Shown: one piece after another, positions 33,424 to 33,687 of the stretch
Numbering within the stretch: position 1 is the first letter of the stretch
How the letters are laid out: every line of letters begins with the position of its first letter
Source of the DNA: Polymyxa betae A26-41
Lineage: Eukaryota; Protista; Endomyxa: Phytomyxea
DNA length: 33,687 nucleotides
NCBI GenBank assembly: GCA_003693705.1
Contig: RBZT01000747.1
Location: 1 to 33,687 of the forward strand
Direction: 5' to 3'
Notes under the pieces: generated by a model
Database searches by the model: none
Seen by the model: the letters and a program-made list of their open reading frames with translations, nothing else
What the model was told of the DNA's origin: nothing
Translations under genes and position numbers: made by a program

Positions 33424-33622
33424 ACACCCTCGTCACAGCTATCCACTAGTGGACACCCTCGTCACAGCTATCCACTAGTGGACACCCTCGTCACAGCTAT
33501 CCACTAGTGGACACCCTCGTCACAGCTATCCACTAGTGGACACCCTCGTCACAGCTATCCACTAGTGGACACCCTCGTCACAGCTATCCACTAGTGGACA
33601 CCCTCGTCACAGCTATCCACTA
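33424..33622. repeat. Perfect 29-bp minisatellite (6 full copies plus a 25-bp partial) containing the palindrome TCCACTAGTGGA
   Basis: Unit ACACCCTCGTCACAGCTATCCACTAGTGG. A 17-bp inverted copy TGTCCACTAGTGGATAG lies at 33385-33401. Confidence 0.97.
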
Positions 33623-33687
33623 TTCTTTGTATGGGATCTGCTCGCTGTCTTGAATAAGTGGTCGATTCAGCGTTTCTGTGCCTGGCA

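Noticed and set aside
33424-33622. CRISPR array
   Set aside because: Units are contiguous and identical with no spacers, the context is eukaryotic, and there are no cas genes.

Overview
Eukaryotic nuclear DNA from a compact protist genome. It has spliceosomal GT-AG introns, mostly 43-54 nt, and GC-rich exons in AT-richer spacers. The T2-4AGGG repeats, GTnnG-type donors and orphan secreted proteins suggest a plasmodiophorid/phytomyxid-like rhizarian; this is inference only. Contents are about 10 protein genes: a multi-pass membrane protein, a signal-peptide atypical kinase, a ~15-exon EF-hand/Cys-rich/PH/CAMK kinase (CDPK7-like), a type II membrane orphan, a signal-peptide tandem F-box-like protein, two paralogous orphan membrane proteins, a BTB protein, a double SUEL lectin and an AMID/FSP1-like oxidoreductase. 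There are also a pseudogene paralogue of the F-box gene, three tRNAs (Glu-TTC, intron-containing Lys-CTT, Asn-GTT), a decayed non-LTR retrotransposon and several tandem repeats. The strongest signal is that three of the four introns of the AMID/FSP1-like gene carry telomere-type repeats in both orientations, two being built mostly from them. Two have target-site-duplication-like boundaries, and in two the repeat supplies the branch point. Similar tracts mark edges or candidate cryptic introns of other genes. Other leads are a dense GTAACG/CGTTAC motif cluster, an in-frame TAG in an otherwise intact kinase, and a candidate secreted F-box effector family. All gene models were spliced by eye and need RNA-seq confirmation.
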